A stretch of 63,805 bases of DNA, filler included, from Octopus bimaculoides (taxonomy: Eukaryota), in assembly GCF_001194135.2 (NCBI RefSeq). It is 5 parts of 5 records of this genome, joined end to end, with 100 filler letters (N's around TTAATTAATTAA, not from the genome) between each part and the next. Parts side by side here need not be neighbours in the genome. Positions count along the whole stretch, not along the records: positions 33,685 to 57,902 come from NC_068985.1; positions 58,003 to 62,360 come from NC_068981.1; positions 62,461 to 63,805 come from NC_068999.1; 2 more parts are not named here. One strand, given 5' to 3'. Each line of letters opens with the position of its first letter. The stretch's first letter is position 1. The translations under genes were made by a program, and so were the position numbers. This document shows, one piece after another, positions 51,521-63,805 of the stretch. Under the pieces are notes generated by a model, which saw nothing but the letters and a program-made list of their open reading frames with translations, made no database searches and was not told the DNA's origin.

Positions 51521-53071
51521 AAATGACGTAGAGATTGCCTTTTATTTAGTCTACCCTAATAGTCAATGCCTCTCATACCGTCTATCTTTATTGTCATTGA
51601 CCTCTGGAGTGCTTCTACTTTCATAATGAGTTGCTTCGTATAGGGAGACCACAGTGGAAAATAAATTTAAATAGAGGTTAAAATAACCACCTTAAGGAAT
51701 ACAAGATATCCAGTGAATTACTGGTTTGTTAAATATTATGTTGTTGTGAATCGTAATATTCCTAAAATAATACGTTTAAGTATAAATCTTAGTTTATAAA
51801 TATTCAAATTAGAATCCAGAAAACGGAGAAGTACCTTAATTGAATATATTACTTGCAAAAATTCGACATGTTCTCTTACAGCTGTTTCGATTTTGTGCAA
51901 ACGAATTACATTCCAGTAATTAAAACATTGTGTTGGGAAAAATCTCGTCAGAGGTGTAAAAGACATATCGTTAGGTTATTACATGTTTTTCTTCCCAAAC
52001 ATCTGAACAGACTGAATCTCAGGGGGTAATAGATTGTATAACAGTAATATTTGGTAAATGAATGTTAGATAGGGAATTTAAGCAAAAATAGTATCATATG
52101 AAGGAGAGAATAAATCAGTGATTATTCTCCTAATTTGTTTAAAAAATTGATTGAATTAATATGAAAAAGAGATAAAATATGAAATAATCAGTTAGAAAGG
52201 ACCTCAGTCTTAATCTATATACACACTGCCCCCCACACACAAATATATATATATATATATATATANNNNNNNNNNNNNNNNNNNNNNNNNNNNNNNNNNN
52301 NNNNNNNNNNNNNNNNNNNNNNNNNNNNNNNNNNNNNNNNNNNNNNNNNNNNNNNNNNNNNNNNNNNNNNNNNNNNNNNNNNNNNNNNNNNNNNNNNNNN
52401 NNNNNNNNNNNNNNNNNNNNNNNNNNNNNNNNNNNNNNNNNNNNNNNNNNNNNNNNNNNNNNNNNNNNNNNNNNNNNNNNNNNNNNNNNNNNNNNNNNNN
52501 NNNNNNNNNNNNNNNNNNNNNNNNNNNNNNNNNNNNNNNNNNNNNNNNNNNNNNNNNNNNNNNNNNNNNNNNNNNNNNNNNNNNNNNNNNNNNNNNNNNN
52601 NNNNNNNNNNNNNNNNNNNNNNNNNNNNNNNNNNNNNNNNNNNNNNNNNNNNNNNNNNNNNNNNNNNNNNNNNNNNNNNNNNNNNNNNNNNNNNNNNNNN
52701 NNNNNNNNNNNNNNNNNNNNNNNNNNNNNNNNNNNNNNNNNNNNNNNNNNNNNNNNNNNNNNNNNNNNNNNNNNNNNNNNNNNNNNNNNNNNNNNNNNNN
52801 NNNNNNNNNNNNNNNNNNNNNNNNNTATATATATATATATATATATATGTACATACATATTTTTACTCATATGCACGCGTATGCATTCAAGATATACACT
52901 TCTACATAAGAATATTTACATATAAGCAGCAATATATACGTATATTTAAAAGAACATACACATATACACGCGTAAAATACACGTATACAAACAGTGGGTA
53001 CAGATATGTATGCATAAAGTACCAACATAATATTTTTTCATATGTGAATATATGCATATATATCTATATAT

Positions 53072-53290
53072 ATATTTCATTGCCCACCGGGGGCTAAACA
53101 TAGAGGGGACAAACTAAGACAGATAAAGGGATTAAGTCGATTACATAGACTTCTGTATACAACTGGTACATATTTAATCGACCCGAAAGGATGAAAGGCA
53201 AAGTCAGAATTTGAAGACAACGTAAACGGCAGACGAAAAACTGCTTAGCATTTCGCCCGTCGCACTAACAATTCTTCCAGCTTGCTGCCG
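53072..53290 (-). mobile_element. SINE family B
   Basis: Reverse-complement copy, moderately diverged. Confidence 0.75.
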
Positions 53291-53499
53291 TATATATGCA
53301 TATATATACCAGCACGCATATACTCATTCATGTATCTACACATACACTTATGCATTAATTGAAAAAAGAAATCAATTATATTTCATACATAGTTTTCTAT
53401 ATACTTATACACGTAAATGTTATATGTACATATGCATATGCATACATATATAATCAAGAATTGCATGTACGAAAACAAAATATACGTACGTACATTACA

Positions 53500-53659
53500 A
53501 ACCATAATTCTTTCAACCCTAACTTATTCTTTGTAAGATTAGTACTTATTATATCGATATCTTTTGCTGAACCGGTAAGTTTCGGGGATGTAAGCACACC
53601 TGTATTGGTTATCAGGCGATGGTGGGGGAACAAACACAGATACATAAACATACGCACAC

Positions 53660-53728
<69 letters not shown>

Positions 53729-53812
53729 ACGGGCTTCTTTCAGTTTCCGTCTAACAAATCCACTCACAAGGCTTCGGTCGGCTCGAAGCAATAGTAGAAG
53801 ACACTTGCCCAA
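53500..53812 (-). mobile_element. SINE family A, partial
   Basis: Matches the family body. Confidence 0.7.
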
Positions 53813-53977
53813 TTTCTCTATCTTACCCTCCTCTATACAAAGGGTTAATCCTCCAATTGCTATTTTGGTTTAGTCTTTTGCTTAACGTCCCAAATATACA
53901 CACAAACAAAATTGTATTATTACAACCATATTCAACTTTTCCCTTTTTCTTTTCTCTGCTCTTTTGTTTATACTCCA

Positions 53978-54094
53978 CTCTGATGAAGCTCCTTGTTTTA
54001 GATCGGTTTTGTTACCAAATATGATAAATATTTTTACATATGGTTGTATATCAATGTCAATACCATACAACATTGGAAGCAGAAACAGCTGTTA
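53978..54094 (+). ncRNA. Degenerate copy of the second hammerhead-like motif
   Basis: CT-CTGATGAAGCT-CC…GG-AAGCAGAAACAGCTGTTA shares both half-motifs with 46341-46421. Stem I does not pair. Confidence 0.3.
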
Positions 54095-54761
54095 AATCGG
54101 ATACAGTCTATTTGCATTGAACTAATAAATAATAATTGATGTAAGTCAATAGTTGTTCATCAGTACTTTTCCATATTTTCTTGTTTCTTTATACGCTCTT
54201 ATACGTATATGATGTCCCTACACACCATTGCCCAGGGATAATACAGGTAACTGGATACTGATAGTATATACGGATATTTTAACCCTTAGTCGATTACTAC
54301 AACCGCTAACTCTTTCTCTATGTGCGCGTCTGTGTGTATAATACTTAGATGCTTGTTGTTTTTTGTTATCCAATGTGTTACTTTGTTTTAAGGCATAAGA
54401 GTATTTTTTGAAGAAGCTAATTTGGTGACTATTTCTTGCAGGTCCAGTGATATGGTTGATAATCTCTATGGCATATCTGAGTCGGAAGCATTACGACGTT
54501 AAAGTTAATTTAGTTTACCTTAAAATGTTATTATTGAATGAAGTGAAATGTATATTTCTAAAGCCTTTACTGCACGTAATTTTATATATGGTTTCAGCTC
54601 TAGTCGCTGACATTTGGAGGAATACCTTCGTAAATTTATAAATTAGATAAGGATGGATCTACTCTGGAACCTCAAGGTGTGATAAGAAGAAGCCAGATAT
54701 TTATGAGAATTACTTACACCACGGAAAAAGGGACGTGTGTTGATATAACTGTGATGGTTAG

Positions 54762-54803
<42 letters not shown>

Positions 54804-55136
54804 CATGGTTTTGTGGTAAGAAGCTTCCTACCCAAACACAGTTTACAGATTCAGTGCCATTGCGCGTGACCTTGGTCAAGTGTCTTCTACAATAGGCTAA
54901 TCCGGAACTTGGCAGGTGGGAATCCACTTTTGTTTTGAGGGAAGTAGCTTCCTTACCAACCTTATGGTTTCGGGTTCAGTCCCACTGTGTGGCACCTTTT
55001 CGCAAGTNNNNNNNNNNNNNNNNNNNNNNNNNNNNNNNNNNNNNNNNNNNNNNNNNNNNNNNNNNNNNNNNNNNNNNNNNNNNNNNNNNNNNNNNNNNNN
55101 NNNNNNNNNNNNNNNNNNNNNNNNNNNNNNNNNNNN

Positions 55137-55178
<42 letters not shown>

Positions 55179-56503
55179 TGAAGGTGTTAAGCAGCTAAAA
55201 TCCAGGCTACATATGTTTTCTAGCTAGCAGGTCCTCTGATGTAATAATTACTCAACGAGGGGTATACAGCTAGCGACCCATCAGCCCGAAGATAACTTAA
55301 TTAAATGAAGCTTGGATTGTCGTTTGGGAATACCAAGGTAACTCAGTGAAGATTTAATTTGAAATGAATGGTGACGCCGGAAGAACGGAATAAAACAATA
55401 TATAATAAAATCAAGATGAACTAAAGAAAATGAAAAGTTGAAAAACTGAAACGATCTGCGATTAAGAAAAGTGAAACCTTTGGTAGTGAGGAATTCTTTA
55501 AAATTGTTATGAATAAAGAAAAGGGAAGAGGAACGAAAGAGAGGGTTAGGGTAGAAGGATGTTGATTTTAAGTGGAAAGGTTGCTGTGAATATTATGCTG
55601 GGGGTCACTTTAATACGTCAACGGTGCGAAAATACTTTGGCCCAACCAACCGTACACATTTACAGTAATCCCTCGCCATATTGCTATTCACTTATCTCGT
55701 ACTCAGTACATCGCGGATTTTTCTGGCGAATATATTTTAATTTATATCGTTGACTCCTGAGTATTTCCGGGTTTCTGGGGCCAATAGGTATTAATGTTTT
55801 TAGAAGGGTTACTGTATACAGAAAATGTAAGGGTTTATACCAGTTTGACTTGGACGAAAATGGAATTGAGTGTGTAACGCGATGTAACACGTATTATTTC
55901 AACTTATATTGATTCTGTTATATTTGGCTACTATCGGCATATTATTTGGTAGTTAAACAATAATTTCAGGAATAAATAATGAGAGGAACACAGATAAAAT
56001 TTGATCAGAGGGTACATAAAGCAGACAATAATAACTTAGAACTCACGACGAAGATTAGAAAGCTGGAGATAACACAATATACGTGAGTGCTGTAATCTAT
56101 AAAGGAAACAAAAAGACGGAAATGTTTAATCAATGTACGATATATTAATCAATCTAGTATGACACCAACAAGATGTTAATATCGGAACAGCAGCAACAAC
56201 AAGAACAATAAGGGATGATGAGGACGATTATGATATATATATATATATAAATTGTAAATGTAGAAATAAAAACAAAACACAAAGGGTTCCGCGGTACACG
56301 TGTTTCAAGCTTTATAGTTGTTACATCAGTGTATAATTGACAGTATGAAGCTATCTTCAGCCGCAAATGTATTCTCTCCCAAGAATTATATCACATAAAC
56401 GTTAAAGGAGGAAGAAAGATGAGATATAAGAGGTGAGGTTCCGTTTGGTATTTTGTATTGCAAAATACATCGTAGAATTCTTAATTTGATATATTTATAC
56501 ATA

Positions 56504-56597
56504 ATTTCATCGGTACTCCGTAATCCGTCCATACCTTGCCACAATTCAACAATAAATTGTGGCAAGGTATGGACGGATTACGGAGTACCGATGAAAT
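56504..56597. repeat. Perfect 43-bp inverted repeat with an 8-nt loop
   Basis: ATTTCATCGG…GCCACAATT / AATTGTGGC…CCGATGAAAT, checked base by base. Confidence 0.92.
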
Positions 56598-57007
56598 NNN
56601 NNNNNNNNNNNNNNNNNNNNNNNNNNNNNNNNNNNNNNNNNNNNNNNNNNNNNNNNNNNNNNNNNNNNNNNNNNNNNNNNNNNNNNNNNNNNNNNNNNNN
56701 NNNNNNNNNNNNNNNNNNNNNNNNNNNNNNNNNNNNNNNNNNNNNNNNNNNNNNNNNNNNNNNNNNNNNNNNNNNNNNNNNNNNNNNNNNNNNNNNNNNN
56801 NNNNNNNNNNNNNNNNNNNNNNNNNNNNNNNNNNNNNNNNNNNNNNNNNNNNNNNNNNNNNNNNNNNNNTATATATATATATATATATATATATATGCAT
56901 GCATATATATATACATATATTATATATACATATATATGTGGGTATATATATATGTAAATACATATGTATATATATAAATGTATATATGTATATATATCTA
57001 TGTAAAT

Positions 57008-57358
57008 GTGGAGGAGCAATGGCCCATTGGATAGGGCAGCGGACGCGCGGTCAAAGGATCGTAGTTTCGATTTCCAGACCGGGCATTGTGAGTGTTTATT
57101 AAGCGAAAAGACCTACAACTCCACGAGGTTCGAGGTTCCGGCAGGTGTTGGTGGCGAACCCTGCTGTACTCTTTCACCACAACTTTCTCTCACTCTTTCT
57201 TCCTGTTTCTGTGCCACGCTGAATTTCCCCAAGAATTACGTTAAGGGTACACGTGTTTCTAGACTGCTCAGCCACTCTCACGTTAATTTCACGAGTAGGC
57301 TGTTCCGTTGATCAAATCAACTGGAACCCTCGTCACCGTAAGCGACGGAGTGCCAACA
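57008..57358 (+). mobile_element. SINE family C
   Basis: Colinear with 39190-39562. Confidence 0.82.
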
Positions 57359-57380
57359 CACATATATTATATCTATGTAA

Positions 57381-57417
<37 letters not shown>

Positions 57418-57427
57418 NNNNNNNNNN

Positions 57428-57461
<34 letters not shown>

Positions 57462-58904
57462 TTATATATGTACGTGTATATGTGTATATATACACACACA
57501 TATATATATAAATGTATATATTTACGTGTATATATTTATATATATATATATACAAATGTATATATGTACGTGTATGTATATATATATATATTGTTGTACT
57601 TGGGGATGGTCATATTGCCAGTTTAGCCAATAAAAACACACGCACTGTATATTTGGTGTTAATTTTTTTTTTTTTTTTTCAGCTTTATATTACATTAATC
57701 TTAATCTTAATCTTATTTCGGCCAGAGTTCTTTCGTCACACTTCTGTGACCTCATCAGTGGTCCTTTGTTTCCTTCTTTCTTATGTGTGTCTCACCTTGC
57801 TAACTATCAGCCATTTTGTATTTTGTATTCCTATTGTATGTGTCTACGCATGCGTGTCCTTCAATGTGTCTGTGTCTTTTGTAAGTGCATGTGTGTATGG
57901 GGNNNNNNNNNNNNNNNNNNNNNNNNNNNNNNNNNNNNNNNNNNNNTTAATTAATTAANNNNNNNNNNNNNNNNNNNNNNNNNNNNNNNNNNNNNNNNNN
58001 NNACCATGGCCCATACTGTACATCACTGGACATCAAAGTACATGCTACTGTCTGGAAGCAGACGGAGGTGTTGTATGACTGGAAAAACAGATCTGTGGAT
58101 TGTGCATAGTTTTATGGACAATTCCATTTGTGCCACAGGGATACTGGATCAATGATAACCAAGGGTTGTACAACAACTCTTTCAATAAATCAATGTCATA
58201 TGATTGATACTCACTAAATGAGAAGAATTTTCATCCCAGGAAGGTAATACCAGATGAAATACATTCTTACAGTTGAGGTTATATCCTTTAGTGATGGCTA
58301 TTTCAGATGAAGAAATCCCTTGAGGATATTTCTGGTTACATTCAACTTGCATCTCTGAACCAGCAGCATTGAGAAGAAATCTGGAGATAGAACCACTGTC
58401 AAGCAGGAGATGTTCATTGGTGCTGTTAACGATGACATCAACCTACAAAAGTAATTTATGGTAAACAAGTAAGGAACATTCCATGGAGAGAAGATGGATA
58501 CATTGTTGCAGTTGATATTGTTGTTAAGAAAGGCTCTACAGAATGGTTGTAGTAAGTCGGAGGTTGTTAAAGTTAACAAAAGAAATACTCAAGATATCAG
58601 ATGTGAAGGAAATAGAATGTTTGAGTTTGACTGAGAAAATGATTTAATTAACTCTAATGATTGCTTATTTGGAAAAGAAATAACATGGAAATATAAGTTA
58701 CATGAATCTATTTACTCACAGATGCATTAGAAATTGAATCAATCATTAGTTTTATTTTGATGCCAGGAGGTTCTCCAGATGCCACATTAGTTCTGGGTGT
58801 CATAGAGGTTGGTTGCTGCTGTGAACCAGGAAGGAATGGGTTTGGTGATGAGGTTTCTGAAAATAAACAAATATCTGAGTATATATATATATATATATAT
58901 ATAT

Positions 58905-58989
58905 ATCAGGTTATGGCTTTCGTTGACATGGAGAAAGCTTTTGACGGGGTCCCCCGATCCCTTATCTGGTGGTCAATGAGGAAACTTGG
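58905..58989 (+). mobile_element. LINE RT fragment (RTE-like), running into a gap
   Basis: MAFVDMEKAFDGVPRSLIWWSMRKLG contains the RT DxxKAFD motif. Confidence 0.75.
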
Positions 58990-59089
58990 NNNNNNNNNNN
59001 NNNNNNNNNNNNNNNNNNNNNNNNNNNNNNNNNNNNNNNNNNNNNNNNNNNNNNNNNNNNNNNNNNNNNNNNNNNNNNNNNNNNNNNNN

Positions 59090-59320
59090 GGGTGCCGTCC
59101 ACTGCATCTCACATAAGAACGAGGTACTGCAACAGCCTCATCTCTTTAATGCCCTGCCAAAACATTTGAGAGACCTGCAAGACATGGATATAGAGGTCTT
59201 CAAGACAAAACTCAACGCTTTCCTCTCCACAATACCAGACGAACCAATGGCTTGAAATGAGACACGGTTTAGGGCAGCGATGTCAAATTCTCTTATACAC
59301 CAGATGTGCCATCAAAACTT
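59090..59320 (+). mobile_element. CR1-clade LINE 3' end
   Basis: PHLFNALPKHLRDL….VFKTKLNAFLSTIPDEP…RAAMSNSL. Confidence 0.72.
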
Positions 59321-59440
59321 AGGTGGAGGAGAAGAGCCATGCAAGGAATGTGAAGAGAGCATAGCATAAAGATGGAAAGTCACGGTGGTGTTCCAGCATG
59401 ACCACAGCCACTTGGCTGAAACCCATAAAGAAATAAATAC

Positions 59441-59471
<31 letters not shown>

Positions 59472-59505
59472 CATACATATATATATATACATACATATAT
59501 ATATA

Positions 59506-59541
<36 letters not shown>

Positions 59542-60199
59542 TACATACAAAAATAAGAGGAATGACCAGCAAAAGTGGACTCCTATATGCTAGAAATAGA
59601 TGCCAAATCATCTAACCATGAAAAAAATATATGTTCTCAGTAAAAATTCAGCGACACAACAGACTGTAAAAGGGCAAGACAAATGAAAAAATACTACATA
59701 AAAAAAAAAAAACGATTAACCTACGTACCATGGTTTCACCTGTTAAAATTTATATGAGTAAATATCTGCAGGATCGTCAGCGTAGTCCGTCAATTCACAA
59801 TGCAATTTCCAGAACTAGACACAAGACGTCCACCCAAAAGGGAGCACGTGTAGAGTTCTACAAATTACATTCAGTGTATCATTTCAAATGTCTTCAATCT
59901 GGTGCGCTAAGTCCGGAAATAATTCTGCAGTTAATAAATTTTTGCAGCCAATTTACCGGTTAGAGAACATTATTATATAAAATTTATTAATGAAGGTAGA
60001 AATTGATATTAATCAATTAAAACCAGTAGTCTAGCATATTAAAAAAATTCGAAGATTAAAATTATATTACATACAAACATAAGAGGAATGACCAGCAAAA
60101 GTGGACTCCTATATGCTAGAAATAGATGCCAAATCATCTAACCACGAAAAAAATATATGTTCTCAGTAAAAATTCAGCGACACAACAGACTGTAAAAGG

Positions 60200-60458
60200 T
60201 TTTGGCTCTTGTTCGGGTGGCACATAAAATACACCATTTTGAGCATGGCCGTTGCCAGTACCGCCTGACTGGCCTTCGTGCGGATGACACGTAAAAGCAG
60301 CCACTACACTCTCTGAGTGGTTGGCGTTAGGAAGGGCATCCAGCTGTAGAAACTCTGCCAAATCAGATTGGAGCCTGGTATAGCCATCTGGTTTCACCAG
60401 TGCTCAGTCAACCCATGCTAGCATGGAAAGCGGACATTAAACAATGATGATGATGATA
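60200..60458 (+). mobile_element. Dispersed repeat with (GAT)n tail (LINE-3'-related SINE/LINE tail)
   Basis: …ggttggcgttaggaagggcatccagctgtagaaac…catgctagcatggaaagcggacattaaacaatgatgatg. Related copies at ~17570-17800 and ~17060-17250. Confidence 0.6.
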
Positions 60459-60930
60459 TATACATATATATATACATATATATATATATATACATACATA
60501 TATGCATACATACATACATAACCTCTCTCTATCTCTCTTTTGCTCTGTCAATCACTCACACGTTCACTCACTAAAAAAAGTAAATACACACGCACATGAA
60601 CAAAAAGCATGTAGGCAATAAGTGTATGTACGCATGTTTTGTGTATGTGTGCGTGTGTGTCACTGAAGCCATTCATAAACAGAGAACCTCTCTCTCTCAC
60701 ATACACACACACCGGCAACATTACTCTCTCTTCACACACACACTAACAAAAGAACTTCACATACACACCACAATTTCTGTCTCGCGCACACACACACACA
60801 TGGCACGCCAACTTCCAAAGAACTTCCCTCATCCAATCGCGTTCTCTCATTCTCTTTCGCTTTTACGCCGACTTCAAAAGATCTCATTTCCCCTCAACCC
60901 ACATATGTAAAAAAAAGAAAAAACCGGATC

Positions 60931-61493
60931 TTTGGGGTTTGACGGGCAACATTTTTTTTGTAGAGTTTTTGGTACCGAAACACTTTCAAACTTCGAATAT
61001 TTGTATATTTTGTGGTATTGAACAGATAAAAAATTTTGTATTCGAAGTTATTTTATGTAAAAAATTGTCGTATTTCGGTAATTTCAACCAATCACTGACG
61101 TCTATTGAGGTGAAAACAATTAATGCCGTAACGGTGTCATGGGATCTTTTCCCTTGAATAAAATTAGTCCCGTTGTTTGTCAACAACTCTAACCCTAACC
61201 CTAACCCTAACCCTAAAACCCGAACCCTAACCCTTACTAGGGAATAATGATATAATTAAACAGGGAATAACACACTTGACGCCGAACAGCAGTAACTGTA
61301 TTCAGCTGAATAGATGTCAGTGATTGGTTGAAATTACAGAAATACGACAACTTTAACATAAAATAACTTGCGATGTACATTTTTTTGTTAAGAATGTTAA
61401 GAGAAGAAGTTGTTTTATATGACACATTCTACCAGTGTCCCAAGTTTGAAAGTGTTTCGTTAAGAAAACAAATGTTGCCCGTCAAACCTCAAA
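60931..61493. mobile_element. Fold-back MITE with central (CCCTAA)n
   Basis: 24-bp TIR TTTGGGGTTTGACGGGCAACATTT (1 mismatch). A second internal inverted pair (~61048-61108 / ~61305-61369) flanks telomere-type hexamers at 61189-61233. Confidence 0.75.
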
Positions 61494-61631
61494 GGCCCAA
61501 AAACATTTTTACGATCTTCTTCAGAAATATAAACAAATACACGTGCTATAAGAAGTCATAAACACAGTTCTCATATCGAAAGATCGCCGAGACATGCGCG
61601 CGCATACACAAACTCCCTTTTATATATTAAG

Positions 61632-61669
<38 letters not shown>

Positions 61670-61813
61670 GATAATCCTTTCAACTATAGGCACAAGGCCT
61701 GAAAGTTGGGGGAGGAGAATAGTTGATTACATCGACCCTAGTGCGTAACTGATACTTACTTCATCAACACAGAAAGGATGAAACGCAACGTCAACCTCGG
61801 CGGAATTTTAATT

Positions 61814-61845
<32 letters not shown>

Positions 61846-62151
61846 ATAATAATAATAATAATAATGATGATGATGATGATGATGATGACGACGAAGACGA
61901 GAAGAAAGAAAGAATGAAAAATGATAAAGGGTCGTGTGTCAAATCACGACCCTTCACGCCCCACCAAAAAATGTCAAAATGAAAGCAAGAAAACCGAGAC
62001 AGAAAATTAATCGCAGCCAAAACAACTTACGTAACAGTCAAATGCATTTCCGCTATTAGCAAACATTAAAGAGTAACCTTAGACTAAAGCGGCGTCAATT
62101 AAAACGAAACCGATTTGAAATACTTGAAAAAATAGTCTTTACGTTTTCAAT

Positions 62152-62317
62152 AGGCGTAGGAGTGGCTGTGTGGTAAGTAGCTTGCTTACCAACCACATGG
62201 TTCCGAGTTCATTCCCACTGCGTGGCATCTTGGGCAAGTGTCTTCTACTATAGCCTCGGGCCGACCAAAGCCTTGTGAGTGGATTTGGTAGACGGAAACT
62301 GAAAGAAGCCTGTCGTA

Positions 62318-62360
<43 letters not shown>
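62152..62360 (+). mobile_element. SINE family A, young, running into a gap
   Basis: Near-consensus head with CpGs intact. Confidence 0.85.
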
Positions 62361-62460
62361 NNNNNNNNNNNNNNNNNNNNNNNNNNNNNNNNNNNNNNNN
62401 NNNNTTAATTAATTAANNNNNNNNNNNNNNNNNNNNNNNNNNNNNNNNNNNNNNNNNNNN

Positions 62461-62491
<31 letters not shown>

Positions 62492-63502
62492 CTCTCTACA
62501 TTTATGTGTGTGTGTGTGTGTGTATACATATACACATATCTAGGCATATATCCATACAGTTATACATCAATGCCTGTATGCATAAAATTATATAGCATTC
62601 CACCATAAAAAAAAAAGAAAATCAGTTATGTACAGGTATGCATATAGATTATATGTTTCTACATCAATAATCACAAACATACATCCAAATATGTTTACGT
62701 ACATAACTATATATACATTATGTATATGTATACCTATATATACATTTTCTGAGTAGATATATAGATATATATATAAATATATGTATATATAAAGATATAT
62801 ATATGCATATATATNNNNNNNNNNNNNNNNNNNNNNNNATAGCCCTATATGGTTATATATATATATATATATATATAGCCCTATATGGTTATGCATATAT
62901 ATATGCATATATGCACGCATGTATGTATCTATGTATGAACATGAAACATAGAGCCGAAATAGACATGAAAGCACATTGACTGAACTTTTGAAGAATACGA
63001 GTTCGCAAACATGGCCTCATACATGCATATACATACATACATACATACATACATACATACATGCATACATACATGCATACATACATATATACAGTATGCA
63101 CTTTTTTAAATCGTTGTTTCGTTACATACAGTACACTTACGTGTGTGTCTATATATTTTTATATATCCACACACACACACATTTATGTCTGCAACTGTGT
63201 TTATGGTTTTATATTTTGAAGAATGTGCGTCTGTATATGATTAAGAGAGTATGTTGTTTTCCTATACACTTGTTGTCATATGAAATGCTACTCTCTATGC
63301 GTATATTTATATGCATATGTCTTTTATTGTTTTTTTTTTGTTTTTTCTAGTAGTAATTATGTGAAAGCATGAATGTGAACGTGTTAAATCCATCTTCTGT
63401 TTCACGATTATACGTTTATTACTTATAAAGACACGATTACATAGCTCTATACGGTATATAGAGTTACTTGCTTATCCCAATGCATATCACAGAGACACAC
63501 AG

Positions 63503-63533
<31 letters not shown>

Positions 63534-63805
63534 GATATATATATGTACAAATATGCACGTGCACTCGCAAAGCACACACATTCATAATATATCTATGTAT
63601 ATATACGTACACACACACACACACGCACACATACATACAAATATGTATGTGTAATCTCTGCTTATTTACAAATACACACGGCGACGAACATATACATACA
63701 CACACACGTACATATATACATACATATATACATGCATATACACATACACTTTCAGGTTATATAACATACATTATAACAAACAGATCTATATGCATGATAT
63801 CAATT

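Noticed and set aside
61189-61233. True telomere or chromosome end
   Set aside because: Only ~7 units, and they are internal to a fold-back element.

Overview
AT-rich, gapped, repeat-dense eukaryotic DNA, most likely from an octopod cephalopod, judged from the SINE families, the microsatellite load and the scaffolding style. One host gene is recognisable: a minus-strand SLC2A13/HMIT-like H+/myo-inositol transporter. Five complete GT-AG exons are visible (21910-22066, 18371-18485, 16184-16347, 14579-14687, 12911-13149), plus the 3' stub of a sixth (20325-20350) whose remainder lies in an N-gap. These exons join in frame. The first exon and the terminal exon(s) are not visible. The rest of the window is transposon debris: RTE, R4-like and CR1-like LINE fragments, a decayed mariner, a decayed hAT/Tip100-like transposase, MITEs, several tRNA-headed SINE families and microsatellites. 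The most notable observation is a tRNA-headed SINE-like element (3 copies) carrying a Penelope-type minimal hammerhead ribozyme. Two of the three copies have 5' inverted duplications. A second, less canonical hammerhead-like motif family is also present. Almost all ORFs in the supplied track are microsatellite or gap artefacts. All translations, alignments and folds were done by eye, and repeat boundaries are approximate.
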